From positions 18,852,848 through 18,916,847 of the forward strand of contig CM120643.1 of assembly GCA_051362555.1 (NCBI GenBank): a DNA stretch of 64,000 nucleotides, in the 5' to 3' direction. This DNA comes from Lingula anatina. Its lineage: Eukaryota; Animalia; Brachiopoda. Below the pieces are notes generated by a model. The model was not told the DNA's origin and did not search any database. It worked only from the letters and a program-made list of their open reading frames with translations. A program made the position numbers and the translations under genes. Shown one piece after another: positions 24,601 to 38,012 of the stretch; the stretch's first letter is position 1, and every line of letters starts with the position of its first letter.

Positions 24601-27600
24601 GCACTGGCAATTAACTTGAGAGTTTACATGATAATTTTAATATATATATTTTTTAATATCATCAATTTGGTGAATACAAATTAAAATCTTAGTTTAGTAG
24701 CGATTTCTTTTTGGTGCAATATTTATCATATAGAGATCAGGATATGCCATAGTATTTATGAGAGCAAAGCCAGAACAAATCTTTTTTAATTATCAAGTTT
24801 TTTAATCATCCACACCACTTTTTGGTGACTATTTATGAGCATACAGTAACTAAAAAATTATTCAATTTAGTTTATTGTTGTCTCAGATGAATAATTACAA
24901 ATAATAAAAAAATCACAAAATTATAATACAGCAATACATGCAAAGCAGTGCAACATTAGTTGTGATCATTACAAACTATATCATTATGTAGCAAAACAAG
25001 GTTATTTTCTATTCAAAAAGCAAAACTAACACAACCGCAAAATATATCCTGGTGTTATGAAACATCTTTGCAGTTTTATATCAAACATTACAGCTCATAA
25101 CATCAAAGTTTTTAATACATTCAAAAATAACTGCCAATTTTTTTTCTTCCTGAATAGTCTGTAACCCTCCTTACTGACATTTCAATCTCATCTTCATGCT
25201 CACAAATGCTAGGTTCTGCTGGCCTGTTTCTTGTGCCCTTCTAAACTCCTTCAGTAAAAACTCCTTTACTTTATTTGAATATAGTTTCAAAGGTTTAGAT
25301 GACTTTAAAGCTCATCCATTGTGTAACTCAATGAGATATTCCAGAGGGTGGAGTTCTCTCACAGCTGATGTGTTTTAAGTTTTTCTTTAGTCAGATTGTT
25401 GGCCCACTAGACTTTAATTTGATCAAAAGCTGTTTTTTGGCACATTTCATAACTGTGGTCTAAAAAAGGACCTTACAATTACTCTTCAGTCTTGGTAGCA
25501 AAAGATTTCAGAGAAGACTTCTCTGGACAAGAAAAAAATTTCCTTGTTTGTGATCTTGCTTGGCATAGTCCCAGTTGGCACATTTGCCTCAGAAAATCCC
25601 AAATTAACTTTAACATCAGTATCACTCATGTTAAAACTGCTCAAGGAAGGGAGACACCTTTTTTCATGTTGTAGGAATCTAAATTGTTGTAATTGGACAC
25701 TCCAGTCCACGCAGGTTTGGAAGATGTCTGTCTAGCTGAATGAAGAAAATGGCTCCAACTGCAGAAAATAGGGCCTCATGCATCTCCTCAGCATTTGTTA
25801 TATTGTGGCTTTCATTTACATACATGCCTTTCTACAACAGCCGTCATTTCCACACTAGTTTCAGTTTCTGCAAGGCTTTGGACTCTTTTGCTGACCATAA
25901 GATCACTGTGTGTCAAATAACACTTCTCAAATATGCCTGAAATATAAATATAGCTTACTATTAACCCATTACAGTGACGTCATATTTGCTCCGTAACACT
26001 AGTCCAGCGGCCATACTGGAGGGAAAGAAATATAGGTGAACCAAATAAAATGAAATAATCTTCATATCGCGATCAAGTACACCAAAAGGAAAAGTGTATA
26101 TACATGTGAAAACTTCAGCTAATCAGCGTGATTGACCCATATAAACTCAAGACAGTCCAAAGACGTGAAATCCTGACCTAGCCCTGTATCCCAACATCAT
26201 GGAATTGTCAGAAGCTAGTTCAGTTATCTTGTACTTCATTTTTCTTGTTCATTGGGTAATAACAGTTATAGTTTTAGAGAGTTTACTGTGTAATCATAAG
26301 TTCAACCTTTCATAGAAGCAACTTTTTTCATAAAGGATAGATATAAGGAGAAATTTTAGCTGACCATCGGGATAAACCCTTACGGACTCAAAGAAGACAG
26401 TATGCAGGGTTGTGACAAGAAATATTGCTGTCAGATATGATTTAACTGTACATCAGGAAGCTGTCAGAAATTATTTCAGCATTCTTGTGCTTCATTTTGG
26501 TTCATTAGGAAGTATTTGTAACATGACTGTTGTTTGAGAGTTCAATATTTTACCATGAATTCAACCATTCACATTAGCAACATTGTTAGCATTTTATTAT
26601 TAGTCCAGACCTTCACAGAAGCAATGTATTTTTCAAACTTATGATATACAATGTAACATAACAACAAGTCAGTTCATGAATTGATCTTAATTTGATTGAA
26701 AATATAGGAAAATGCACATTTTGTATGAATAAAAGTACACATAAAATGCAAAACATTGTTGCACAATTCAATGACAGATTATCAGGGTCTCTTTCCTTTT
26801 GGTTGATAACACTGACATGAAAAATATTTCCATACTTTTAATGATGCAATGCAACATGTACATGAGCATATCAAGTCGAATCAAGCCACCATAATTTGAG
26901 GAACCTGTTTAGTATATTTTTAATCTATGTCTAGAGAAATGCTTGATTGAAGACTCACAATTGATATGTGCTGTGTGGGTATGCACATATAAGGTCTTAG
27001 ATGGTGTTACTAAGCAGTTTGTAATTTTATTTAGGAGAATTCCACAACTGGTGGTCACAATTTAAAAATGCACAACCTACATGTACAACAGCCATCTGTT
27101 TCTGCATATCAGGCCATCTGTGGGAGGTGCACCATACAAAATTTTATATTTCTTGCAAACTTTTCCATTTAGCCTTTAAAAATATGAGAAAGAAAAAGTG
27201 TTTTCATTTCTTCTTGTGCTTCTGCTCACAATTCTAAATAAATAGAATACCTGTACCTGTCCTTGTTGTATGCAAGCTATCAGGATAACAACTTTAAAAC
27301 AACAAATGAACAATTAAATAAATAAACAAAACCAATTAAATAACTCCTGTCATGCACTGAGTTTCACTCTCCTGATGTTCAGATTCTGTCTCCTCAGCTG
27401 GTCACAAAGATATAAGAATATTTTTTCGCTGCTTCTAGCTTGTGTGCCATCTAGCTGCCTTTTGTACCTGTCACCTTTTTTTTTATATAACCAAGATTTA
27501 TTTGCACCCAATCATTCAGTGTGGCTTGGTGGGAAAATGTCAGATCAATTTCCTAAATGTAAATTAACAAAAAAAGGTAACAATAGTTATTTTTATTCAT

Positions 27601-30462
27601 ATTGTAACTTGCATCATAATACAGTAGGAAAATACAGAATTTAACATTTTTCAAATTCATTTCATTGAGTTCATTCAATTAAATGGTACCTGAGCTAGAA
27701 TATATACTTACAAAACAGATTTACTCTTAACACTACATTAAATCTAAAATCAAGCCACTAACTTCCAAATACACATGACACAGGTAATTGATTTAATTGG
27801 CCCAGCTGAGCTGTGTACATTGTACTGTGGCCTTGACACTAATTGACAATAATGCTAACCAGGTATTAAAGAGGTAGATGACAGCAGATAAAATCCAAAG
27901 AGCACCATAACTGATAACAAATTACACCCAAGGCAATAAGTGAGTCTTCATAATGAAAGTCGAAACCCTGCCTGGGTATTTCCACACGTTTTTACAACAC
28001 ACTCTCCACCAAGACTTTTTGGGCACTACTAATATGCAGTGTACGTGCGCTCATATCTTATACACCTCGGTCTTTGGTTTTCTACTTTTTTTCTTTTATG
28101 GTAAAGGCTGCACAGCTGGGTCTTCATTCTTTGCTGTAAAATAAATTAGTTTTATCCTTTACTTGTCAAATGAGTCTTGATTCAAAGCCACTTCAGTCTC
28201 TTCTCCGTTTACGGTTTTCGTCCTTTCACCTTGGATTGTTACCACTTCAGGCAGTCTGTAAACGCTTGTGAAGTTAGTTATCTTCTCTCTATCATATATC
28301 CTGCAGTAATTTATCATTTTATTCGGTTAAATATCAAAGAAAATACAGAACATTAAATCATACTAAATTGCAGACATGATCACGCGCAGCAGACGATTCC
28401 GGTCTCCCTCCAGCATGGCTGCCGTTTGTTTTGATGACGCAGGCTCTAATGGGTCAATAGACACATGAAAACACTTATCTGAAAGTTAATTGATACATTG
28501 ATGAAAAATAAATTATTATCCCATTTGTCCATGTTTTATAAGTAAGGCATGGTTTCAAATATTAATTATGATGAGCCTAGCAATTTTGCCAAAGACCGGC
28601 CCTAGCTTCAATCTAATTTCAATTGTTACCCTTAAATTTATTTTACCCAAGTACTGGTTGTGCCTATAATTCGCGCGACAATCCGTACGCGTATACTACA
28701 TGTACGTATTAACTCTGTACTCACGCCCCCTGAGAGACAATGGGTTGTTTTGATAAACTACAAAAGCCTGTGAGCACAGGCTTCAAACAACTGCGCATGC
28801 ACGAAAAGTGCGCTGTTTGAAATAAACAAGTTGGTGAAATTGACAAAGCCTGCCGGTGTTTACTGTCTGGTTGATTTTATTTCATTTGCTCTCTGGTGTC
28901 TTTTTGAAAGTTTATATTAGAAATGTTTTATTGATTTTATGTTTTAAAAAGTAAATCCATCGGAATTCCTTAGAATAACATTTATTTTAGCTTCATTACA
29001 AGGGGATTCCAATTGTATTTATAGTGTTATATGTGGCCCCAATTGGGATTTTTCACCCCTCCCCCACTCTTGATACATAAAATGCGCCATGTGCCAGATT
29101 GAAAATGACATTGCAAAATATATTTAAAATCGTAGGAAGGTTAATTGCAGATAATGCTGCGAGGACATTCTTGTTCCAGGGCGAACTCGGTCAATATAAA
29201 TTTTTTAACATCGTCTCCCGGTTTTGCAGCGCCAGTTCTAATTTTTGAAAGCGAGGCAATGGAACCAAACAATACGATGCAATTTGTAATCTCATAAAAA
29301 TTGCTATTTTTCAATAAAGACCATAGCATGGAGTAAATCGAAATGCGACTCTTTTATTATTATGATCTTTAATAATCATTAATATAAAATGTACGATTCA
29401 AGAAGTTCTTGTTCCCGGCCTTTTTATTAACTTAATTGATTTTTAAAAGTATTTGGAGATTAAAAACAAAAAAGTTGTCTGGTTTCATATCGAGGCACTC
29501 CGTTTCGTTCGTGTGCTAAGCCTGTGCGGGTAGCAAACAATAGCGACGTGGACTCATACAGGGCCTAAGCGCACAGGGGGAGGGGTGCATATGTAAATTA
29601 AGTACCTGTTAAGTACCCTTAAACCTACATAAATACCCACACAAATATAGCTTAAAAGATAGAATTATCACAGGTCTTTAGGCTGCAATTTCATTATTTG
29701 AAAGGGGGCATTTTTCTTTTAAAAAAATGGACCGTTTACCATTAAAAAATTACACCTAGATCATTTTTCTGAGTGAACTTTTTTTCTGGCTTTTAGCCTG
29801 TATTAAAATACAAACAAACCCGTTTCTTACCTGAACCAAGTGGCCCAGTACATTCAAATGGCTTTTTGTCTACACTGACATCTGCAAGTTAATCCCATGA
29901 CATATTTCGTTATAGGCTCGTTTTTCCCTGTGTGGATGGTTTCCAGCACAAACCAAGCCCATATCCCAGTGCTGGTCACATGGTGTAACCCATTCATTCT
30001 CCCAAAGATACTTGGATTGCGGTCATCGGAGACAAAAGAATCCACACCTGACAAGAATCAGTTTGCTTTCGTAACTCACGCTGTTTTGCTTCACGAAAAC
30101 GCGACGAAGATGACTGTTAATATCTCTGTTGCAATTTTTCAATACACTACATGTTTTTTTATATCTGTAGACAGAGTATAAACCACATGATATACGACTT
30201 CGTTGAGGAAGATTTGCAAACATACAGTCAGGGGTAATCCTAGAGAGGGGTGAGAAACCTCCATTGTTCTCGTCAGCGAGGCTGGCTTTTTTCAGGGTAT
30301 ATGTACGCACAGACAGAAAACTAAGTATTGTGGGAACGTTACTAATGAAGCCACTGGTAGTACTAGTACATATCAGCCTGTGTAGTCTTGAACAAGCGCC
30401 TCGATGACGAGTGAGCAGTTGTCAAAAACAAAAGACCCAGGTGTGGTAGTTCGACTACTGTT

Positions 30463-32511
30463 TTTTTATTTATTTATTTATTTATTTTTTTTTATTTCCA
30501 GAATATACCAAAAATACACTAAATAATAACTAGGATAATTAACTAAACCTCTCACTCCCATACACGCACACATGCCTCTCACATTTGGAGCAACTACATA
30601 GTATTATCATTGTGACTTTGCCATTTCTATCAAGGTATAAAAAATAAAAATGTAGTATACTATCACTTTTTAACACTACTATTTACAGAAAGGTAGACAA
30701 TAGGCTAATAAGTCTAAGATACAAGGCTTTTTTTTTTTAGCCGTAATAAAATAAATATATGGATATATAAAAATACTAGTGTGAAGAAAAAAGAAACAAA
30801 GTGTAGACTTAATATAAATTACATTTTAATGGACAGAATGGGAAACCCCACATGTTTTAATTTTCGAAAATTAGCTTCACGTTCTCCCATTTCTCTGTGA
30901 TTTCTAATCTTTTTTTCTCAGTCCGTAAATAATTGGAATACATGTCTATATCTCTATATGATTTTATAAATGTTTTTTGTGCTTTTCCAGTTTGGGATTT
31001 CCAATTTTGTCCTACAGAGAGTAATATATTTTTTGATTAGAAGGATGACAAGATATATACCGGGCAATTGCTTATTCAGAGTACCCAGTACAAAATATTT
31101 TAGTTTTCTTTCTATCGTGAGTCCGCAATGTTTTTTCAAACTTCTGGTCAAACATGTCCAAATATTTTGCACATGGACACAGTCCCAAAATAAGTGTTTC
31201 AGTGTTTCTTTTGACAAATGATAAAAGGTACATTCTGCTGACTCCCTTCGTTTGCTTTTGTATAGAAAAGAATTTGTACAAAAAATCTTGTGATTAATTT
31301 TAAACTGGAGGGCTTGTAGTCGAGTATCGTCGGTTTGTTCAAACGGTGCCCCAAAAATCGCCCCCCCCCCCCCCATATATCATCGTCGCTATGGTAATGC
31401 AGAGTGGACTCCCAGCGATTCTGATATCTGGGGCACATCCTTTTAAGGAACAATTTATAAAATACCTGTGATACTTTTTCATTCATCTGAATCAGTGAAA
31501 TGTTTTCGTTTCTAGCTTATGTTATGTTATGACCATATGCCTTAATTAGTTTTCTCCAATTTTGTGGTACGGAGTTTCTTATACTTAAGTGTTCGAGAAA
31601 GTTAAAGTTAGATTGATATTAATTGCATTGATCTCATCTATATTGTAAAACTCGCCTGAGGCATTAATCAAATCGCATATAAAAAAGACACCTTTATCAC
31701 ACCACCTTTTCCAATAATAGGGGACATCATTAATTCTCACGTTTTCGTTATACCAAATAGGTTGTGATAAAATGTCGCTTGTCGACTCTGCGGGGCTATC
31801 TTGTAATTCTGCCCATGCAGAAATAACGTTTTTCCAAAATGGATTGAAAATAAATTTTGTTTGTGAAAGGCCATTTTTCGTGAGATACCAAAAATTACGT
31901 CCCCCAATTTTTTCTAGGTTTTTCTTCAAAAGTACTTTCCATGCGCTGCTATGATTATCATTTAGATACTTTTTTACCCACGTAATTTTAAGGGATTTTG
32001 CTTAAAGCCTAAAGTCAGGAGCGCGCAGTCCTCCCTCTTCGTAATTTCTTTTCATGGTTGATCTTTTTACTTTATCAATTGCGCTTCCCCAAATAAAAGC
32101 AAAAGTTATTTTTTCTAATTCCTTGAAGAAGATTTCCTCGGGAGTTGGTAAAACTGTGAGCATTTGTATTAGCAGTGGCATAGCAATCGTTCGTACTACT
32201 ACTATTTTACCTATCAAGGATAAAGTTCTAAAGGACCAATCATCGAGTACTTTTTTGTATTTATGAAGTTTTTCAGAGAAGTTTTCATGGTATATATCTT
32301 CTTTGGACAAGTCGTATTTTATACCTAGGAGCTTGAATTTTCCTTCAATATTCCATTTTAGTTCTAGTTTGGTTTTTATTGTTTCCCTTTCCCCCCTTTT
32401 TGATCCAATCCAAACTGCCTCAGTTTTATTAAAATTGGTGCGTAGTCCAGAACATTCTGCAAATAAGGTTATGATCTCCATAGTTTTTTCCAGCGAAACT
32501 CTGTCATCACT
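30463..32511 (-). mobile_element. 5'-truncated Tx1/L1-clade LINE with A-rich tail
   Basis: Perfect 16-bp TSD TAGTTCGACTACTGTT (30447-30462, 32512-32527) and a T/(TTTA)n tail at about 30461-30497. ORF2 C-terminal pieces include SGLRTNFNKTEAVWIG, EEGGL and CTF..ETLKHLFWDC. Confidence 0.9.
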
Positions 32512-33046
32512 TAGTTCGACTACTGTTCATGCGTGCCGCAAAGACCAAACCTAATTACTCCTCAAGGTCACAAAACAATATCCGGTAATGACGGCTAGGC
32601 TCGTCTTAATCATATTAGTAGCGCGTTTCCACCGCCTGATACAGTCTGCTATTTCCGCCATGTTGGATAATGACGTTGTGTTGTTCTGACGTTAGTACAT
32701 TAGTTTCACATGATTTTAAAATGTGTTAGATGCTTGTTTTAACCAGAAAAAAATTAGAATAGGTAAAATGAAAATAAAAAGTTCAACTTAGAGTGTTTTA
32801 AACCATTTGTTGACTTGAAAGAGATAGCTGAAGTTGAGTGCACCGATATATGTGTCCGGATATATTTACGAAAAATGAAGAAATTAGGTCATGTTCTATC
32901 TGTTACAACGGACAAGTTGTAGAACAGCAGTAAGTTTTGATTTCATGTTTAAATAGATTAATGAGTTGTCTGTTAGTCCTGAACACGCTTTACCCCAAAG
33001 ACCTGTGAAGATGAAGATATTGTCAAAAATAGAAGGGGGGTGTTAA

Positions 33047-35254
33047 AGGACAATAGTCATATAAAAATCCATTTCTCGAATTCTGAAGATCCAGCACTTA
33101 ATCTATACACTACAGTTATGTTTTAATCGATCCCCGTCATTTAAAAATTATAAAAACAATCTATTAGTAGAAAAAAAGCGTTTTAGTAAACCTCACCTCA
33201 ATATGCATAAACGAAGCAACAGATCTGGGTCACGTGGTACTGTGACGACAATCACGATAAAGGTCTATCATACAGACGGAGAAGTTAAGGAAAGTTGTGT
33301 TGAACGGAGTTGAGGAATTTTCGTTATGCCTCGGTGTGTTGCCGTGGGATTCACCAAAATTGCAGCTCTCTTTGACAATCTTTCTTTGTCTGTGACGGTC
33401 TTCCGTGACTTACTAACTTCGGTGACAATAGTTGCGATGCTCTAGATCATGGTCACCTCAGGTGGTTTAGATCATATCAAGAGCTGGTAGTCTTTCAGAT
33501 TAACTGTCATCAGTTGGCAAACTTACTGATTGCTGATGCATTTTAAATGCATTGTAGTTGACCAAAAGCTCGTTTACAACAAACCTGTTAATTGTGCACC
33601 GCTGCACTTCCCAACCCAGGTAATAACAGGTATCAAAATCGTCTTGGTGGGCTTTCATATTTTTCAAAATATCTCATTTATTTCATGGGGTGATTTTATT
33701 GGTATTTGTAAATGACGTTTAATATCAATATTTATACAATTGAGTTCAAACACCGTCGCGAACATTAATAAAAGTAATTGCTCTCAGGGTAACTTGAAGC
33801 ATGCGTATGCCCAGGCATTACTTCCGTGGAAGAAAACGTGTTGAAGAACAAACAGAAAAAAAGAGCGGTATATTATGGAAAAAAAATAGGAACTTATGTA
33901 CTAAAATGGTTCGTAATCCTAATTCGTTTATGCTTTGAGGATTTGAATGTTATCTGAATGTTATTTCATCTGAAGTATAAAATAATTCAAAAGATTTATC
34001 ATTTTATACCTTGAAATACAAGTTCTGCGTCTGTACACAAAACTTTTTGCAAATTTGTATGCTTTGTCAAACCCAAAAACATGTAGCAGATCAAGGTAAA
34101 AGAGCATTGTTTGCTATAAGTAGCATGGGAAAAATCATTACTTGAATGTTTACTAAATGTGCAGTTTTACATACGTGAGTATAAAAAATAAAAAAATTCC
34201 AAGCACGCACAGCAAAATGTAGACTAACGCAAAACATCAAGAACAGCGTAATCTCAGCAAATGTGCCCCATATAGTAGCTTAATTTCCATTAATAATAAA
34301 ATCATCATTTAAGTCAAAAATTTTCTGTCGATTTAATAAATGTTCTAATTTATCCAGAACGGTATATTTATTTAAGAGGAGGCTAACTGAAATATAGTTT
34401 TATTATTTGTTTATTTTGTATTTGAAAATTGCCCATGTCACCCTGTTAATTAGAAGGTCTAAGCTGGATCAAGTCCGTGCTAAAATTCCTATGAAGCTGT
34501 GCAGGAAAAATTCTTCCTTTGTTTCTCTAGCTCCTCTATAAACCCGGTGTTCAGATTTTATCTAGTACCCCCAGGTCTGCGGGAGCTGCTCTTTGAAACT
34601 AAAGCACAGGTAGATTTTTACCTGAGATAAATATCGCCAGCCATTTAACCCTCTAATTAAGAGGTAAAGGAAGTTCCAGTTAGATGGATGATTAAGATGG
34701 GACTTGTAAAGGTAACGGGCATCGATTACCTCAGTTTAAGAAAAGTATCCAAGACGGAGTGTCAGCGGTTTAATAAAATTAATTGAATTTCACAAATAAC
34801 ATGGCCCTCATATGCAATAATCCACAGTGCCCTTTACTCATTCAAATGTAGTGTTTTATACAACTTGGGATAACCATAATGAAATGCTTGTTAAAGAAAT
34901 GACTAGACGGGAAATGGTTTTACACGAGGATTTAGACCCCTCGGGTAAGAGATTTGAATGAGTATAAACTTTTATCAGAAGCCAGAGAAGTCATCTTACA
35001 GGTAGACAATGCAGCTCAGTTTGACAGCTAAGCACGCTCTGTTCTCCAGTGGCTCGATTGTCGTCATCGGACCACGTGACCACGTAGCTCATTAACTCCC
35101 AGGCCAAGCAAATACTGGTAGGACGTTTTTTAAAGCCAAAAATGTACAAAATGAGCTTTTAATTTGTGTATTTGGATAAAGATATCGTTAGTTTGGCATG
35201 TTTTCTGAAGAATATGTTCCGTTGAGGCCATTCCGACGGTATGAAGCAAATCCT
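33047..35254. mobile_element. Kolobok-like element K2, full length, inverted relative to K1
   Basis: TTAA on both sides (33043-33046, 35255-35258); termini AGGACAAT... and ...AAATCCT. THAP-like start MPRCVAVG at 33326. Confidence 0.8.
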
Positions 35255-38012
35255 TTAAAAGCATGTGGTTTGTAGGCCTGAGAAAAACGCTTGGTTTGTT
35301 ACCATGGAAACAAAGAGAGTGAAAAAAGTGTATATCATTTTAATCTCCTATCTTTAGGTTATAATATATCACCAAACTAAATCATTTAGTGACACCTGTA
35401 TAAACTTTAAGGCCAATCAATATAACCCTGTTTTTCAGAAGAATTTTTGGTTGATAAACCCCCCAAATTGTCACTGGCCATATCTCTGTAAGTAGGGATT
35501 TTTTTCAGGAAATATTGCAGCCTCAGATATTGTTCATATAAAGGTTCAAACACACCAAATACGATGTAAATCCGTTCACCCCCACCTTGCCGCATTTTCT
35601 ACATTTGGTCTGGTTTTCTCGTGGACACACACTTAAATCGCGAGAATATTTTTGACTTAAATGATGATTTTATTATTAATGGAAATTAAGCTACTATATG
35701 AGGTACATTTGCTGTGATTACGCTGTCCTTCATGTTTTGCGTAAGTCTATATTTTGCTGTATGTGCTTGTAATTTTTTTAAATATGTGCGTACAATTTTT
35801 GCAGGTCTGGTTACCCCCCTGTTATGTGATGAGAGTGTAAATTTGGCAATTAGTTCCTTAGCTTATTTGAATAGAATTGCAGTGTAAAATTTTCAACAAG
35901 ATGTTGGCGAAATAGCCCATTACTCTTTGTAGGTATTTCCCCCGTCAAAGTTTGTCTAAAATTATCTTTCAATCTTCACTCTTTCAAAGACAGTATAAAG
36001 TTACCTGACATATTTTCGTGTAAACTTAATGACAAGCCAAGTGTCTCCAGTTCATTCCGTGCTCAATTTTACCCAAGCAAATTTTTCTTGATTAGATCTT
36101 TATAGCACGGTGTTATAAGCTTACAAATTTGCAAAAAAAATTGCGTACTGACGCAGAATTTGCGTTTCAAGTTATAAAATAATCAATCTTTTAAATTATT
36201 TAATATTTCAGATGAAATAATCTTCAGAAACAAATCCTCAAAGCATAAACGAATTAGGATAACGAACCATTTTATTACAGCAGTTCCCATTTTTTCTTTA
36301 ATATAACGCTCTTTTTCCTGTTTTTCCTCAACACGTTTTCTTCCACGGAAGCTTCAAGAAACCCTGAAAGTAATTTCTTTTATTAATGTTCGCGACCGTG
36401 TTTGAACTTAATTGTTTAAGTATTGATATTTAACGTCATTTACAAATGCCAATAAAATAACCCCATGAAATAAATGAGATATATTGAAAAATATGAAAGC
36501 CCACCAAGACGAGTTTCATACCTGTTATTACCTGGTTTTATTGTTAACGAGCTCTTGGTCAACTACAATGAATTTAAAAATGCATCAGCAATTAGTAAGC
36601 TTGCCAACTGATGACAGTATCTTAAAGACTATCAGCTTTTGATATGATCTAAATCACCTGAGGTGACCGAGATCGCGAGGATCGCAACTATTGTCACCGA
36701 AGTTAGTAAGTTAGTCACGGAAGACCGTCACAGATAAAGAAAGATAGTCAAGGAGTGCTGCAATTTTGGTGAATCCCACGGCAACACACTGAGGCATAAA
36801 GAAAATTGCTCAACTCCGTTCAACACAACTTTCCAAAATTATTCTGTCTGTTTGCACCATGCAGCTCAGTTGATCGAGTCTCATAGACCTTTATCCCAAT
36901 TGTCGTCACAGTACCGCGTGACCCAGATCTGTTGCTTCATTTATGCATATTGAGGTGAGGTTTACTAAAACGCTTTTTTACTACTAATACACTGTAGATT
37001 GTTTTTATAATTTTTAAATGGCGGGGATCGATTAAAACATACCTCTAGTGTATAGATTGAGTGTTGAATCTTCAAAATTCGAGAAATGGATTTTTATATG
37101 ACCATTGTCCTTTAAAGTGATATTTCTGATGGCTTGAAACATTATTAAAAGCCTTTTTAAATCATTTAAACTGAACAAGAAAGGTCCAATTAGCTTGTTA
37201 CTAAGGTAAATCACTTCCTTAGCAACGGTTGCTAAGCAACGCTTTGAAATTTTGGGCACTGCCCTTGAAAATGATCAGCATAGTCCAAAGAACATTTGTG
37301 CAAGTTTCATGCTTTTTCCACCTTTTGAGCAATTTTGCACCAGTCATCTAGACTAGAATAGAAAGACTAGAATTTTATCAAACTGGTGAGTGAATCGATA
37401 CATAAAGAACTTTCAGAGGCCAATTATATACTACAAAGTGCGACGGAGGACACAAAGATTTTCTCGGACATGGATATGTATGAATTCGATCGAAAGTTTT
37501 AAACACAGAATTGAATGAGGCTTTACCCGCAGCACAGTGTACATGTAAGTAGGCCTACCTGGATGTACCTACTACTACAGTAGAAATGTGTCGCATGTAA
37601 GGCACAGAACTGAGGCAACTGTACCTCACATTTTCAGCACTTTGAACTGTGCTTTGGAACATCGTTTTTTGCAGGCCCTTTTATCAGTTACAAGTTAGTG
37701 CGCAGATTCATCTGATTGAGGGATTCGAGTTCGATAGCAAAAAGTGACTCATTATACCAACCAAGGCAGTAAATACGGGTATCTATCTCCTTGTAATTCA
37801 AGTACATTGTGCCTACCCCGGTACATGTACCAAGTTCGTTAACGCAGGTTTTGAGTTTCAGGTCATGTAGGTGACAACAACTACTGATGAAAGTCAAGAT
37901 AGCCTTGATGATATTATATCATTAACGACCTCACACTAACTGGGCGAGTCCGATTAAAACAAGAGCTATTATCGCTGTATTATCAGTGTATCATTGACCG
38001 GGAAACTTACTA

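Larger units (their letters stand above)
23785..35632 (-). mobile_element. Large TTAA-targeting DNA transposon, Sola3-like, with a decayed multi-exon transposase
   Basis: TTAA TSD (23781-23784, 35633-35636). Imperfect TIRs GAGCTAGTCCACGAGAGAACCAG..GGCAAGGTGGGGGT and GTGTGTGTCCACGAGAAAACCAG..GGCAAGGTGGGGGT. Minus-strand relics: CNRDINSHL..ESKLILVRCG (about 30100), MYVNESHNITNAEEMHEAL (about 25800), WTGVSNYNN (about 25700) and G*ALKSSK..KVKEFL..F..AQETG (about 25300). Confidence 0.65.
22833..37111. mobile_element. Kolobok-like element K1 (about 2.4 kb: 22833-23784 + 35637-37111), split by a nested 11.8-kb element
   Basis: TTAA at 22829-22832 and 37112-37115; termini AGGATTTG...TTGTCCT. The empty site TATTAAAGTGAT is at about 10885. 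The two halves join seamlessly when aligned to K2. Confidence 0.8.

Noticed and set aside
22833-35254. Apparent single 12.4-kb transposon with about 950-bp TIRs and TTAA flanks
   Set aside because: The inverted arms are the left part of K1 and the end of a separate inverted copy, K2. K1 resumes at 35637, and the empty-site flank reappears only after 37115.
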